DNA of 64,000 nucleotides from Clostridia bacterium (GCA_017395105.1 JAFPWD010000002.1:38336-102335); one strand, 5' to 3'; positions 17,678-27,097 are shown, numbered from the stretch's first letter. The notes: generated by a model from the sequence alone, not told the origin. Made by a program: numbers and translations.

Positions 17678-18233
17678 AGGAATCGAGCACCTTTTCAACA
17701 TAATTCTTCGTTTCTGCGTAGGGAATATCCAGGCTCTCCCCGTTGCTTGCTTCGCTTTTTTCAAGCCACCCGTCCACGCTGCTCGCGCCCGCGTTGTAGG
17801 CGGCAACGGCGAGGATCAGATCGTTCTTGTAATAATCGAGCAGGTATGAGAGCAGATAGCAGCCCATATCGATATTGTACGCGGGCTCAAAAACCTTCTC
17901 GCGCTCGTGCGTATAGCCCCTGCGCCACGCGATCCATTCGGCGGTCACGGGCATTATCTGCATAAGTCCCTCCGCGCCCGCATGGGAAACGGCCTTTGGT
18001 TCGAAATGGCTCTCGGTGCGTATCACGGCAAAAACAAGATCGGGATCGAGCCCGTATTCGCGGCTCGCAGTCAGCACCTCCTGCTCGAATTGGCGGGGGT
18101 AGGTCAGCCTTGAGCCGTATTTTGAGATGGCGGCTATAGAAAAAGCAAGCAGCAGCACGGCGAGAACGGAAAACAGCACCGCAGGGCGCGAACTCTTTTT
18201 CTTTTTTGAATTGTCAGCGGATTTTCTTAGCAT
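17649..18233 (-). CDS. membrane-anchored lytic transglycosylase (SLT domain)
   Basis: TESHFEPKAVSHAGAEGLMQIMPVTAEW motif and an N-terminal TM anchor. Confidence 0.8.
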   Translation of the reverse strand: MLRKSADNSKKKKSSRPAVLFSVLAVLLLAFSIAAISKYGSRLTYPRQFEQEVLTASREYGLDPDLVFAVIRTESHFEPKAVSHAGAEGLMQIMPVTAEWIAWRRGYTHEREKVFEPAYNIDMGCYLLSYLLDYYKNDLILAVAAYNAGASSVDGWLEKSEASNGESLDIPYAETKNYVEKVLDSYEKYKLKRG

Positions 18234-18256
18234 TTATTTATATAATACCGTTTTAT

Positions 18257-18913
18257 TCAATTATCGTAATCATCGGTAAGATAGCTTTCAAGCTCGGTTT
18301 GGTTCAACCGATCTTCGGCTTCGGGCGAAATGCCGATATGCTCAAGCGCCTTCATCACCGCTTCTTCAAGCTCTGCGCCCGTGCCGTTATTGACTATAAC
18401 CGCATCCGAACACGCCGCCTTTTCCTCCTGCGACATCTGCTTGGCGAGTCGGGCGGCGGCTTCCTCTCGGCTCAAACCGTCCCGAAGCATTATGCGCGTA
18501 TAGCGCGTTTCGTCGTCTGCAATAACGCATAAAAGCCTAGCGCAATAGCGTTCAAAGCCCGTTTCAAACAGCAGCGGAACGTCGAAAACAATATGCTCCC
18601 GCCCGCTCGCTTCGGCCTCATCGGCTTCACGGAGCATCGCCTCAAAAACATGCGGATGAACGATGGAATTCAGCGCAGCGGTGTTTTCGTCTGAAGCGAA
18701 GGCGATTTTTGCAAGCGCTTTTCGATCCACGCCGCCGCGCTCCTCGAGAATGTCGCTGCCGAAAGCGGAGGAAAGCTCCGCGATCACCTCGGGAAAAGCG
18801 AGCGCCCCATGCGCGGTTTTATCCGCATCCACGATATAAAAGCCGAGACCGCGAAGGATGGCGGAAACGGTCGATTTTCCCGCCGCCATACTGCCCGTCA
18901 GACCAATTCTCAT
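18257..18913 (-). CDS. coaE: dephospho-CoA kinase
   Basis: MRIGLTGSMAAGKST P-loop followed by IVDADK. Confidence 0.85.
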   Translation of the reverse strand: MRIGLTGSMAAGKSTVSAILRGLGFYIVDADKTAHGALAFPEVIAELSSAFGSDILEERGGVDRKALAKIAFASDENTAALNSIVHPHVFEAMLREADEAEASGREHIVFDVPLLFETGFERYCARLLCVIADDETRYTRIMLRDGLSREEAAARLAKQMSQEEKAACSDAVIVNNGTGAELEEAVMKALEHIGISPEAEDRLNQTELESYLTDDYDN

Positions 18914-18945
18914 ACGGGAAACCTCCGAAGAAAAAACAGTTTTTA

Positions 18946-21570
18946 TTATTTCGTGTCGAACCAGCTATGCCCGAATTCAACGTCCGCACGAAGCGGAACG
19001 GAGAGCTTCATCACGTTTATCATGCACTCGGCTAAAAGCGCCTTCACGCGCTCAAGCTCATCCTCGGGCGTGTCGATTATCAGCTCATCGTGAATCTGGA
19101 GCACAAGCTTTGCCTTCAAGCCCTCGTCGAAAAGCCTCTTATGTACGGCGACCATCGCCGCCTTGATGATATCAGCCGCGGTGCCCTGAATGGGCATATT
19201 CATCGCCACGCGCTCGCCGAAGGAGCGGGTGTTGAAATTGCTCGATTTAAGCTCGGGCAGCTCGCGCCTGCGGTTGAAAAGGGTGGCAGCGTAGCCGCGC
19301 TCCTTTCCGCGCTCAACGGAGGAGTGCATATAATCGCGAACCCCGGGAAGCCGCTCAAGATATTTTTCTATGTATGAAGCCGCTTTTTTCTGCGGGATCC
19401 CGAGCTGCTCGGACAGGCCGAACGCACTTATTCCGTACACTATTCCGAAGTTGACCGCCTTCGCGCTCGAGCGCATCTCGCGGGTTACTTCATCTGTTGA
19501 AACGCCGAAGATCTCCGAAGCGGTGCGGGTGTGGATATCCTCACCGGAATTGAACGCCGAGATAAAGGTTGGATCGCCGCTTATATGCGCCAGAACCCGC
19601 AGCTCGATCTGCGAATAATCCGCGCCAACAAGAAGATTTCCCTCGCTTGCAACGAAAGCCCTTCGTATCTGCCGCCCAAGCTCGGTGCGAACGGGAATAT
19701 TCTGAAGGTTCGGCTCTGTGGATGAGATGCGCCCCGTTGCGGTCACGGTTTGGTTGAAGGTGGTGTGTATCCTTCCGTCCGCTCCCGTTTTTTCAAGCAT
19801 CGCATCGATAAAGGTGGATTTGAGCTTGGTGAGGAAACGGTATTCGGTAACTGCGCCCACGATCGGGTGCAGGGGCTTTAGGGCTTCGAGCACGTCGCTG
19901 TCCGTCGAATAGCCGGTCTTTGTCTTTTTCTTCGGAGGCAGGCCGAGCTTTTCAAATAAAATTTGCCCGAGCTGCTTGGTGGAGAGGATGTTGAAGCTTT
20001 CGCCCGCAAGCTCGAAGATCTCCTCGGCAAGCGCGTTTATGCGCTTCTCCATCTCGCTTCCAAGCTCCGTCAGCACGGCCTTATCTATCGGGAAACCCGT
20101 TTTTTCCATGTCGAAGAGCACGCCCGCGAGCGGCAGCTCGATATCGCGGAAAAGCGCAAGCATCTCGTTTTCGCGAAGCTTTTCGAGCATACGCGAGCGC
20201 AGGATCGCAAGCGCGGCGGGCGCGGGGATATGCGAAAGTCCGCTTTCGGAAACGAGCGTTATCGTGTCCTTGGCGGGGTGGAGCGCGTTCAGAAGATAGT
20301 CCGCGATCATCGCATCGAACTCAAGCCCCGAAAGCGCCGAGCCGTAGTCGTGAAGCAGCCACATAAGGCGCTTTGCATCGAAAACGATCTTAAAAACGCG
20401 CTCGTTTTCGAGTATCGGCTTGAGCGCGGCTATCACCTCGCCAGGCTCAAAGCCCGGATCGAGCAGCGTTCCGCCGAGGCTGAGCGCATAGCAGGGGAGG
20501 GGCTTTTCCTTGGAAGCGGCTTGCAGCTCCTTTTCATCGAAGCCCGCAAAGCATATCGAGGCTTCGGCGATATCGAAGGCGAAAAAGCCTTTATTCATAA
20601 GGCTTTTGATTGCGCCTTCAAGCTGCGCCGGATCGGTCAAAGCTGTGCTTTCAAAAGCGGCGGCATCTATCGCCTCATCGGATTTAAGCGAGAAAACCTC
20701 GTTTTCCTCAGCGCCGGAAAGCTCGCGCACGCGCTTTAAAACGGCGCGAAGCTCCAGCTCGGTCAGCTCGCCTATCGCGTTCTTCATATTCGCGGGATCG
20801 AAGCGGCAGCTTTCGAGCGTTTCCGCTACGGGCGCGTTCGTGTCGATCGTGCCGAGCCTTTGGCTAAGCTCCGCGCTCTCCCTGCCGCCGAGCAGCTTTT
20901 CACGAAGAGCACCCTTCTCCAATTCCGCGCTGTCGAGCACCGAGGCGAGGCTGCCGTATTTTTCAAGCAGCTTGAGCGCGGTCTTTTCGCCGATGCCCTT
21001 TATCCCGGGCAGATTATCAGAGCTGTCGCCCATCAAGCCCTTGAGATCGACCATTCGCGCGGGTTCGAGGCCGTATTCGTCAAAAAGCGTTTTTTTATCA
21101 TATTCAACGGTCTCGCTTATGCCCTTCTTAGTCATAAGAACGTGAACGCTGTCCGTAACTAGCTGCAAAGCATCCCTATCGCCCGTAACCAGAAGGGACT
21201 CAACGCCCGCTTCTTGTGCTCTGCGCGAAAAGGTGCCGAGAATGTCGTCCGCTTCGTAGCGTTCGCATTCGATCACGGCAATGCCCATCTTTTTAAGCAG
21301 CTCGCGCAGCATCGGGAACTGCTCGCGCAGCTCAACAGGCGTTTCGCGCCTTCCCGCCTTGTACTCGGTATACTGCTCGTGGCGGAAGGTGGGTGTACTC
21401 ATATCAAACGCCGCAAGAAGGTAATCGGGCTTGAGCTCGATAAGCTTCATCAGCATCGAAAGAAAGCCGTGCAGCGCACCGGTGGGCGTTCCCTTTCTAT
21501 TGGTCATATTCGGCAGAGCGTAGAACGCCCTGAACATAAGCGAGTTGCCGTCTATCGCGATAAGCTTCAT
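18946..21570 (-). CDS. polA: DNA polymerase I
   Basis: 874 aa with an N-terminal 5'-3' exonuclease pattern (IDGNSLMFRAFYALP), DYSQIELRVLAH and LQIHDELII motifs. Confidence 0.95.
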   Translation of the reverse strand: MKLIAIDGNSLMFRAFYALPNMTNRKGTPTGALHGFLSMLMKLIELKPDYLLAAFDMSTPTFRHEQYTEYKAGRRETPVELREQFPMLRELLKKMGIAVIECERYEADDILGTFSRRAQEAGVESLLVTGDRDALQLVTDSVHVLMTKKGISETVEYDKKTLFDEYGLEPARMVDLKGLMGDSSDNLPGIKGIGEKTALKLLEKYGSLASVLDSAELEKGALREKLLGGRESAELSQRLGTIDTNAPVAETLESCRFDPANMKNAIGELTELELRAVLKRVRELSGAEENEVFSLKSDEAIDAAAFESTALTDPAQLEGAIKSLMNKGFFAFDIAEASICFAGFDEKELQAASKEKPLPCYALSLGGTLLDPGFEPGEVIAALKPILENERVFKIVFDAKRLMWLLHDYGSALSGLEFDAMIADYLLNALHPAKDTITLVSESGLSHIPAPAALAILRSRMLEKLRENEMLALFRDIELPLAGVLFDMEKTGFPIDKAVLTELGSEMEKRINALAEEIFELAGESFNILSTKQLGQILFEKLGLPPKKKTKTGYSTDSDVLEALKPLHPIVGAVTEYRFLTKLKSTFIDAMLEKTGADGRIHTTFNQTVTATGRISSTEPNLQNIPVRTELGRQIRRAFVASEGNLLVGADYSQIELRVLAHISGDPTFISAFNSGEDIHTRTASEIFGVSTDEVTREMRSSAKAVNFGIVYGISAFGLSEQLGIPQKKAASYIEKYLERLPGVRDYMHSSVERGKERGYAATLFNRRRELPELKSSNFNTRSFGERVAMNMPIQGTAADIIKAAMVAVHKRLFDEGLKAKLVLQIHDELIIDTPEDELERVKALLAECMINVMKLSVPLRADVEFGHSWFDTK

Positions 21571-21592
21571 TTAAAACTCCTTTTTGCGCACG

Positions 21593-21700
21593 GTTTTTCG
21601 GGGGAAACGGCGTTCAACGATCCGAAAAAAGCCGCGCTAAATACATCTATTCATCCAAATTAATATTATACCATTAAAAGGGCGGTTTAACAATGATTCG
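21593..21700. repeat. copy A of a ~105-bp direct repeat (carries the polA promoter)
   Basis: Aligns by eye to 24192-24298 with a few substitutions or indels. Confidence 0.85.
21665..21693 (-). promoter_or_regulatory. consensus-like promoter upstream of polA
   Basis: On the minus strand: TTGTTA (21693-21688), 17-nt spacer, TATAAT (21670-21665). Confidence 0.65.
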
Positions 21701-21721
21701 CGCTGAAAAAATGGGAGAAAA

Positions 21722-21750
21722 CAAAGAAAAAAGCCCCGAATGAACGGGGC
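21722..21750 (-). terminator. Rho-independent terminator after lipoprotein paralog 1
   Basis: Hairpin gccccg/cggggc (21733-21750) followed on the minus strand by a T-run (A-run 21724-21732 on plus). Confidence 0.75.
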
Positions 21751-21756
21751 GAAATA

Positions 21757-22467
21757 TCAGCCGAGCGCCTTTATGGCGGCGATTATCTTATCAAGATAGC
21801 AAACGTAGTTGCTTCTTCGCGGAATATCGTTCCAAATTTCGTCCGCCCGCCTCAATTCATCAAGGCAGCTTTCGCGAAGCTTGATGTCCGCAGCTATGCT
21901 TTTTGCAACGCCGGGCAGCACGCCGTTTGCAAACATACTTTCCCTTGGGAGAAGAAATTTTTGACCCGATTCGAGGGTAACGATATCCGAAACGGTATAG
22001 GACGAGCCGCCGATAAAATAGGAGTTATTCGGCAGGTTTAGATGCTCTTTCGTATAATCACCGCATTTTTTCAAGAATAGAAGCAGCTCGTTTCCGGCGG
22101 TGAAAAGGGGAAAATCCGGAATCGTGCCGGTGCTCGATCCGTCCTGAAGCAGCACGGAACCCTCGGGCAGCTCGCCCCTGATGAGCTCGACCGTCTCAAA
22201 TTCATACATAGCGTAAACATCATCCGTATCACCGAGCCAATCGCCGATGCGAACGTAAGCGACGGCATCCGCATTTTCGACGGCATCCGCCATCCTTTCC
22301 TCAATGCTTGTGGAGTAATCGATAAGCAACTTGCCTGTCATGCGCACGGGCGGCACAACGGGCTCCTTTTTGTTTCCGTCGCAGGAAACAAGCAGCGCAC
22401 CCGCGAGTATGCTAAGTATCAGAGCGGCGGCGGTGAAAAAACGGGGGAACGAAGTTCTTTTTTTTAT
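21757..22467 (-). CDS. lipoprotein of unknown family, paralog 1; canonical ATG replaced by ATA (possible pseudogene or non-canonical start)
   Basis: The frame is open from 22467 and encodes IKKRTSFPRFFTAAALILSILAGALLVSCDGNKK..., colinear with paralogs 2 and 3. The codon equivalent to their ATG is ATA (22467-22465). The ORF track only picks up GTG 22356. Confidence 0.55.
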   Translation of the reverse strand: MKKRTSFPRFFTAAALILSILAGALLVSCDGNKKEPVVPPVRMTGKLLIDYSTSIEERMADAVENADAVAYVRIGDWLGDTDDVYAMYEFETVELIRGELPEGSVLLQDGSSTGTIPDFPLFTAGNELLLFLKKCGDYTKEHLNLPNNSYFIGGSSYTVSDIVTLESGQKFLLPRESMFANGVLPGVAKSIAADIKLRESCLDELRRADEIWNDIPRRSNYVCYLDKIIAAIKALG

Positions 22468-22525
22468 TGCTCATAAATCCTTTCCAAAGCTTTTAACTTT
22501 CATAGGTTTGCTCCTCAGTCGGCAT

Positions 22526-23236
22526 TCAGCCCGCTTTTACCATTGACAGAAGCTGATCGAGTTTGTAAACGTGATAACGATTCTGCATCGTATCGACGTT
22601 TTCCCAAATGCTGTCCGAACGGATAAGCTCATCAACGGCTTTTTTCAAAAACGTTTCGTCTTGTGCAAAATTGCGTACGGAGCTCGGCATGGTCTCAAGT
22701 AGCGCATAGTTGCGGGGAAAAGCGTATTTTTCGCCGTCTATGGCAATAACGTCAAAAGTTGTTATATGAGCACAGGTTATAATATATGAGTCGTCCGGAA
22801 GATTATTGCGTTCTCTGCCTTCATCGGAAAGCTTGTTAAGAAAAAGCAACAGCTCGTTGCCCGCCGTGAACAGCGGATGACCTTCAAGGGTAAATCTGCT
22901 TGAGCCATCCTGAATAAGCGTGAACTTTGAGGGAAGGTTGCCTTTTGCGGTTTCAATGACTTCGGCGCTAAAAAGGGTGCTGTACATATCATCGGTATAG
23001 CCAAGCCAATCACCGATACGTATGTAAGCAATCGCATCGGATTCCTCTACGGCATCGGCTACTGAAGCAGGAGCATACCCAAAACTTGCATGAGAAGGAT
23101 ACTCCGTCATACGAACAGGAGGCACAACGACTTGCTTTTTGCTGCCTGTGCATGAGGCAAGAAGCAGCCCTAAGAGCATGCTCGCCATCAGCACGGCGGC
23201 GGTGAAAAAACGGGGGAACGAAGTTCTTTTTTTCAT
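22526..23236 (-). CDS. lipoprotein of unknown family, paralog 2
   Basis: MKKRTSFPRFFTAAVLMASMLLGLLLASC lipobox. It is clearly paralogous to its neighbours (IRIGDWLG..., PLFTAGNELLLFL...). Confidence 0.7.
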   Translation of the reverse strand: MKKRTSFPRFFTAAVLMASMLLGLLLASCTGSKKQVVVPPVRMTEYPSHASFGYAPASVADAVEESDAIAYIRIGDWLGYTDDMYSTLFSAEVIETAKGNLPSKFTLIQDGSSRFTLEGHPLFTAGNELLLFLNKLSDEGRERNNLPDDSYIITCAHITTFDVIAIDGEKYAFPRNYALLETMPSSVRNFAQDETFLKKAVDELIRSDSIWENVDTMQNRYHVYKLDQLLSMVKAG

Positions 23237-23294
23237 TGCTCATAAATCCTTTCCAAAGCTTTTAACTTTCATAGGTTTGCTCCTCAGTCGGCGT

Positions 23295-23999
23295 TCAGCC
23301 CGCTTTTACCATTGAAACAAGCTCATCGAGCTTATACACGTGCGCATACGCTATATTGACTTTGCTCAAAACGCTGTCGGAGCGCTTAAGCTCATCTACG
23401 GCTCTTTTCAAAAAGGCTTCATCCTTTGCAAGATTCTTCACGGACTCCGGCATATTCTCAAGCAGCGCATAGTCTCGCGGGATAACGTATTTTTCGCCGT
23501 CAAGCTCGATCAGATGCATAACGCTGGTGTAGGTGCCGGTTATCTTATAAGTGTTCTCCGGGAATTTTAAGAATTCTCTGTTCTCATCCGATATCTTGGT
23601 CAGGAACAGAAACAGCTCGTTGCCGTATGTAAACAGAGGGTAGTCCCTGTAAGTAAACTCGCTCGAGCCACCCTGAAGGAGCGTGAATTTTGCGGGAAGC
23701 TCGCCCTTTATCGTCTCAATGACTTCGGCATTGAAAAGTGTAGTCAGCTTATCGGTCGTTTCACCGAGCCAATCGCCAACGCGAACCATGGCGACGGCAT
23801 CGGATCGCTCGATTGCCTCCTGTACCGTGCCGGGAACGTTTCCAAGGGAGCTGTCGGCCGGATACTCGGCCATCCGCATTGGCGGCACAACGGGCTCCTT
23901 TTTATTTCCCGCGCAGGAAACAAGCAGCGCACCCGCGAGTATGCTAAGTATCATAGCGGCGGCGGTGAAAAAACGGGGGAACGAGGTTCTTTTTTTCAT
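23295..23999 (-). CDS. lipoprotein of unknown family, paralog 3
   Basis: MKKRTSFPRFFTAAAMILSILAGALLVSC lipobox. Paralogous to 22526..23236. Confidence 0.7.
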   Translation of the reverse strand: MKKRTSFPRFFTAAAMILSILAGALLVSCAGNKKEPVVPPMRMAEYPADSSLGNVPGTVQEAIERSDAVAMVRVGDWLGETTDKLTTLFNAEVIETIKGELPAKFTLLQGGSSEFTYRDYPLFTYGNELFLFLTKISDENREFLKFPENTYKITGTYTSVMHLIELDGEKYVIPRDYALLENMPESVKNLAKDEAFLKRAVDELKRSDSVLSKVNIAYAHVYKLDELVSMVKAG

Positions 24000-24191
24000 T
24001 GCTCATAAATCCTTTCAAAAGCTTTCTTTTACGGGAACAGATGCAGACGAGCCGGGATAGCTTCGATAGCGGCAGACACGATATGCATCAGAGAATTCCC
24101 ATTAATTACATTATAAAAAAATAAATGTCAATACCTAAATCGGGATTTTTTCGAAAAATACTGCGAAAGATTTTTCGACCGCTTTGCGGGC

Positions 24192-24298
24192 GTTTTTCGG
24201 GGAAATGGTGTTCAACGATCCGAAAAAAGCCGCACGAAATACATCTATTCTTCCGAAATAATATTATACCATTAAAAGGGCGGTTTAACAATGATTCT
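24192..24298. repeat. copy B of the ~105-bp direct repeat
   Basis: cgtttttcggggaaatggtgttcaacgatccgaaaaaagccgcacgaaatacatctattcttccgaaataatattataccattaaaagggcggtttaacaatgattc aligns with 21593-21700. Confidence 0.85.
24263..24291 (-). promoter_or_regulatory. duplicated copy of the polA-type promoter, now facing the lipoprotein array
   Basis: On the minus strand: TTGTTA (24291-24286), 17-nt spacer, TATAAT (24268-24263). Confidence 0.6.
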
Positions 24299-24312
24299 TG
24301 GTGGAAAAACGC

Positions 24313-24525
24313 TTATTTGATGTTCTTTGTGTTTCTGCAAAGTATGTAATCGGTTGAAACACCGTAATAATCGGCAAGCTTAACAAGATGGCGTATCGGA
24401 AGCTCGCTTGCTCCGCGTTCATAACGCGCATACATGGTCTGCGATGTGCCGAGCATAATTGCTATTTCTGCTTGAGTTTTATCGTGATCCTCTCTCAGAT
24501 CGCGTATTCTGCGTTGATAGTTCAT
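24313..24525 (-). CDS. XRE/Cro-CI family HTH transcriptional regulator
   Basis: 70 aa with KTQAEIAIMLGTSQTMYARYERG helix-turn-helix. Confidence 0.85.
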   Translation of the reverse strand: MNYQRRIRDLREDHDKTQAEIAIMLGTSQTMYARYERGASELPIRHLVKLADYYGVSTDYILCRNTKNIK

Positions 24526-24559
24526 ACTGAATACTGCACCTCCGTACAGTATTTTATTC

Positions 24560-24605
24560 AGTAAATAAGTTTACTATTGACTTTAGTAAATAAATTTACT
24601 ATAAT
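24560..24605 (+). promoter_or_regulatory. plus-strand promoter flanked or overlapped by two palindromic operators
   Basis: TTGACT (24577-24582), 17-nt spacer, TATAAT (24600-24605). Operators are AGTAAATAAGTTTACT (24560-24575) and AGTAAATAAATTTACT (24585-24600). Confidence 0.65.
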
Positions 24606-24726
24606 GTGCGTGGAAGCAATGGTTCGTAATTCAAGAGCATCGGATTTATGCAAATGCTTCTGTTGAAAAGAATTCATTGAAAATGCTAAATAAACCATTA
24701 TTGAATTTTAAGCTTGGGAGGTTGTT

Positions 24727-25257
24727 ATGGAGTATAGGGGAGTTCTTACGCTAACGATTATTGCTTCGGGAATAATCCTGTTGATAGCAATATGCTTCTT
24801 GCTTGTAATGTTAGCCAATCGCTCGAAAAGAGCCTCGTTTTCCAAAACGCCGGATTTCATATTTAAGAGGTATTGTGCATATTATTCCTCTTTTATTGCA
24901 TGGACAATTGTACAGTATGCATTAATGCTTGTTCCTCTTTTTACATCAACGGCAACGGTTTACTTTACAGCCGACTTTTTGCAGAGTGCAGGGAGTCAAA
25001 GCGCGGTTTGGATGGCGATAATGTCATTTTTATCGGCATTGCTCCCCGTAATCAATTCAAGAGTTTTATCTAAAACACACGCAGATGGCTTTTATCGTGC
25101 TTTTACGGAATTGGAGCAGGGAATGCTGAAATATGAACACGGAGTTATTACAGAAATAAAAGACCTTATAAATATCGCTGCCGATGCAGAAAAGCATTCA
25201 AACCCTTTGGCGCACTGCGACATTAAAGATGTCGTTGATCGGGAACGCGATAAGTGA
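24727..25257 (+). CDS. small 3-TM membrane protein with C-terminal helical region (possibly SLATT-like; weak)
   Basis: 176 aa with three hydrophobic segments followed by GFYRAFTELEQGMLKYEHG. GGAGG RBS upstream. A+T-rich. Confidence 0.5.
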   Translation: MEYRGVLTLTIIASGIILLIAICFLLVMLANRSKRASFSKTPDFIFKRYCAYYSSFIAWTIVQYALMLVPLFTSTATVYFTADFLQSAGSQSAVWMAIMSFLSALLPVINSRVLSKTHADGFYRAFTELEQGMLKYEHGVITEIKDLINIAADAEKHSNPLAHCDIKDVVDRERDK

Positions 25258-25320
25258 GCCCTGGTAAAGCCAACACTAACCTGAGTTTAGGTTTTTAGGA
25301 AACAATGATGCGTAAAAGCA

Positions 25321-25354
25321 GAAAACCGGGCGGTTTGATTCGCCCGGTTTTTCT
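25321..25354. terminator. bidirectional Rho-independent terminator
   Basis: aaccgggcg/cgcccggtt stem flanked by an A-run and a T-run, between convergent genes. Confidence 0.75.
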
Positions 25355-25411
25355 GATGAAGGCTGAATTGCTTTCATAATGGAAGAAAAACGCATGGAAT
25401 AGTATTCGCTT

Positions 25412-27097
25412 TTACGGCGTATTATTGCCGCTATTCATGCCGCCCGCGCCCGTTGCCGCGGCAAGCGCCAGCTCAAGCGCCTTTGCCTTCATAAGCTGCA
25501 CGGCCTGATCCTTGCCGTCGAAGATAAGCAGCTGCAAGCCCACGTCCGGCGTTATCATCCCCGCCGAAACGAGGCGGAAAACGGTTTCGTTGTTGTTCAG
25601 CACCGAGAAGGCGTTTTCCTTTACCACCTTGACCGTTACCCGAAACTCGGCAGGCAGATTTTCAAGCCTGTCGAGGGCTTTTTCTATTGCGGAAAGCTTT
25701 GCGATATTCGCGGCTCTTTGATCCATGCCCATCTCGGAGCCTATCGCGGCGAGGCTCTTTTCGCAGCGCTCACGAAGCGTGAATTCGCGCTCGATCTCTA
25801 TCTCCTGACAGACCGCTTTTCTGAATGAGGAGTGGATATTCCTCGCCGCCATTCTCGAGCGCTTGCTCGAGGCTTCCTGCAGCGCGGCAATAGCCGTTCC
25901 GCTCGTTACGCCCGCATGGGTCATGCCGCGCGCAAATTCGTTTGCGCCCGATTCCTCCTTGATGGAGTTTCGCATCTCGGCGATGTAGTGCAGCATATAC
26001 GAGGGCAGGGGAGCGGTGGCAAACCACGAGATGCCGTTCAGGTTGTCGCCCTGATGCACCTCCTTCGACCAATCGCGCAGATCGGCGGGATCGAAGCCGC
26101 TTGCTCCAGTGATAAGAAGCTTGTTGTGGCTTGCAAGCAGCGCATTCTTCATCACGATCTGATCGAGCTTATCCGAATTGCGCTGGCTTGTTTCAAACAT
26201 ATCCACGAAGCCGTAGCCGAGGCAGCTTCCCTTGCGCTCAAACAGCTTTGTTATCACGAACGGATACTCGCCGTGCGAAAAATACCCATCGGGGCGCGTG
26301 TCGCGGCTGTCCTCAAGCATCATGCCGCCAGCAAGCAGCATCATGTGAACGGCGTACTTTTCGCGCTTTGCATCGTACACCCTGCGCCAGCATTCGATCA
26401 GAAGAATGGTCTTTTCGCAGTCTGCGGTCAGAAGCTGCTCCTCGGGCGTGTCGAACATGAAGCCGTCCTCGCGAAGCTCCGAAGCCTTGTCGGGGTAGTG
26501 CTGAGTGAACCAGTCGCGCGTGTGGTGGGTGAATTTGAAAACCGCCCTGCCGTCCTGAAGGTCGCTTGCAAGCGGATCGAACAGCACGCTTCGCGCATCC
26601 ACGTGGCGAATGTACGCGCCGCCCATGCCGCCGTTCGCGCTTTCGTCGAAGCCTATCTGCTGAACGCCGTAGCCGCCCACGAGCAGATCGTGAGTCATGT
26701 TCAGATACTCCTCGTCGTAGGCGCAGCGCAGATGGTTTTCGTGGATTATATGGGTGAATATCTCCGAAAGCGCATCGTATTCGGGAGCATCGGAGCTTAC
26801 TATCGCCTCGGGCAGATAGTCCACAAGGTCGGCGCGAACGTTCTCGATCGTGCTCTGAAGAACCGGCGTAACGGGGCGCGGCTCGCCCTTTTCGCCCATC
26901 GGCACATCGTACCAATGCTCGCCCCGATACATTCGTTCGCATTTATCGAGCCTTGCGCGTTCGCCCGCGTATGCGGTGTAGAATTCGTTGAAAAGCGCGT
27001 AAAGCGCCTCGGTCTCCTCGGCCTTGCCGCTCGACCGCGTGGGTTGCGCCACCGCTCCGTAAGCGGGGCTGAAGCTTTTGTTTGTTTCGTTTCTCAT
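25412..27097 (-). CDS. phage portal protein
   Basis: 561 aa, located 39 nt downstream of terL on the same strand. The size and general sequence character fit portal proteins. This call rests mainly on context. Confidence 0.65.
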   Translation of the reverse strand: MRNETNKSFSPAYGAVAQPTRSSGKAEETEALYALFNEFYTAYAGERARLDKCERMYRGEHWYDVPMGEKGEPRPVTPVLQSTIENVRADLVDYLPEAIVSSDAPEYDALSEIFTHIIHENHLRCAYDEEYLNMTHDLLVGGYGVQQIGFDESANGGMGGAYIRHVDARSVLFDPLASDLQDGRAVFKFTHHTRDWFTQHYPDKASELREDGFMFDTPEEQLLTADCEKTILLIECWRRVYDAKREKYAVHMMLLAGGMMLEDSRDTRPDGYFSHGEYPFVITKLFERKGSCLGYGFVDMFETSQRNSDKLDQIVMKNALLASHNKLLITGASGFDPADLRDWSKEVHQGDNLNGISWFATAPLPSYMLHYIAEMRNSIKEESGANEFARGMTHAGVTSGTAIAALQEASSKRSRMAARNIHSSFRKAVCQEIEIEREFTLRERCEKSLAAIGSEMGMDQRAANIAKLSAIEKALDRLENLPAEFRVTVKVVKENAFSVLNNNETVFRLVSAGMITPDVGLQLLIFDGKDQAVQLMKAKALELALAAATGAGGMNSGNNTP

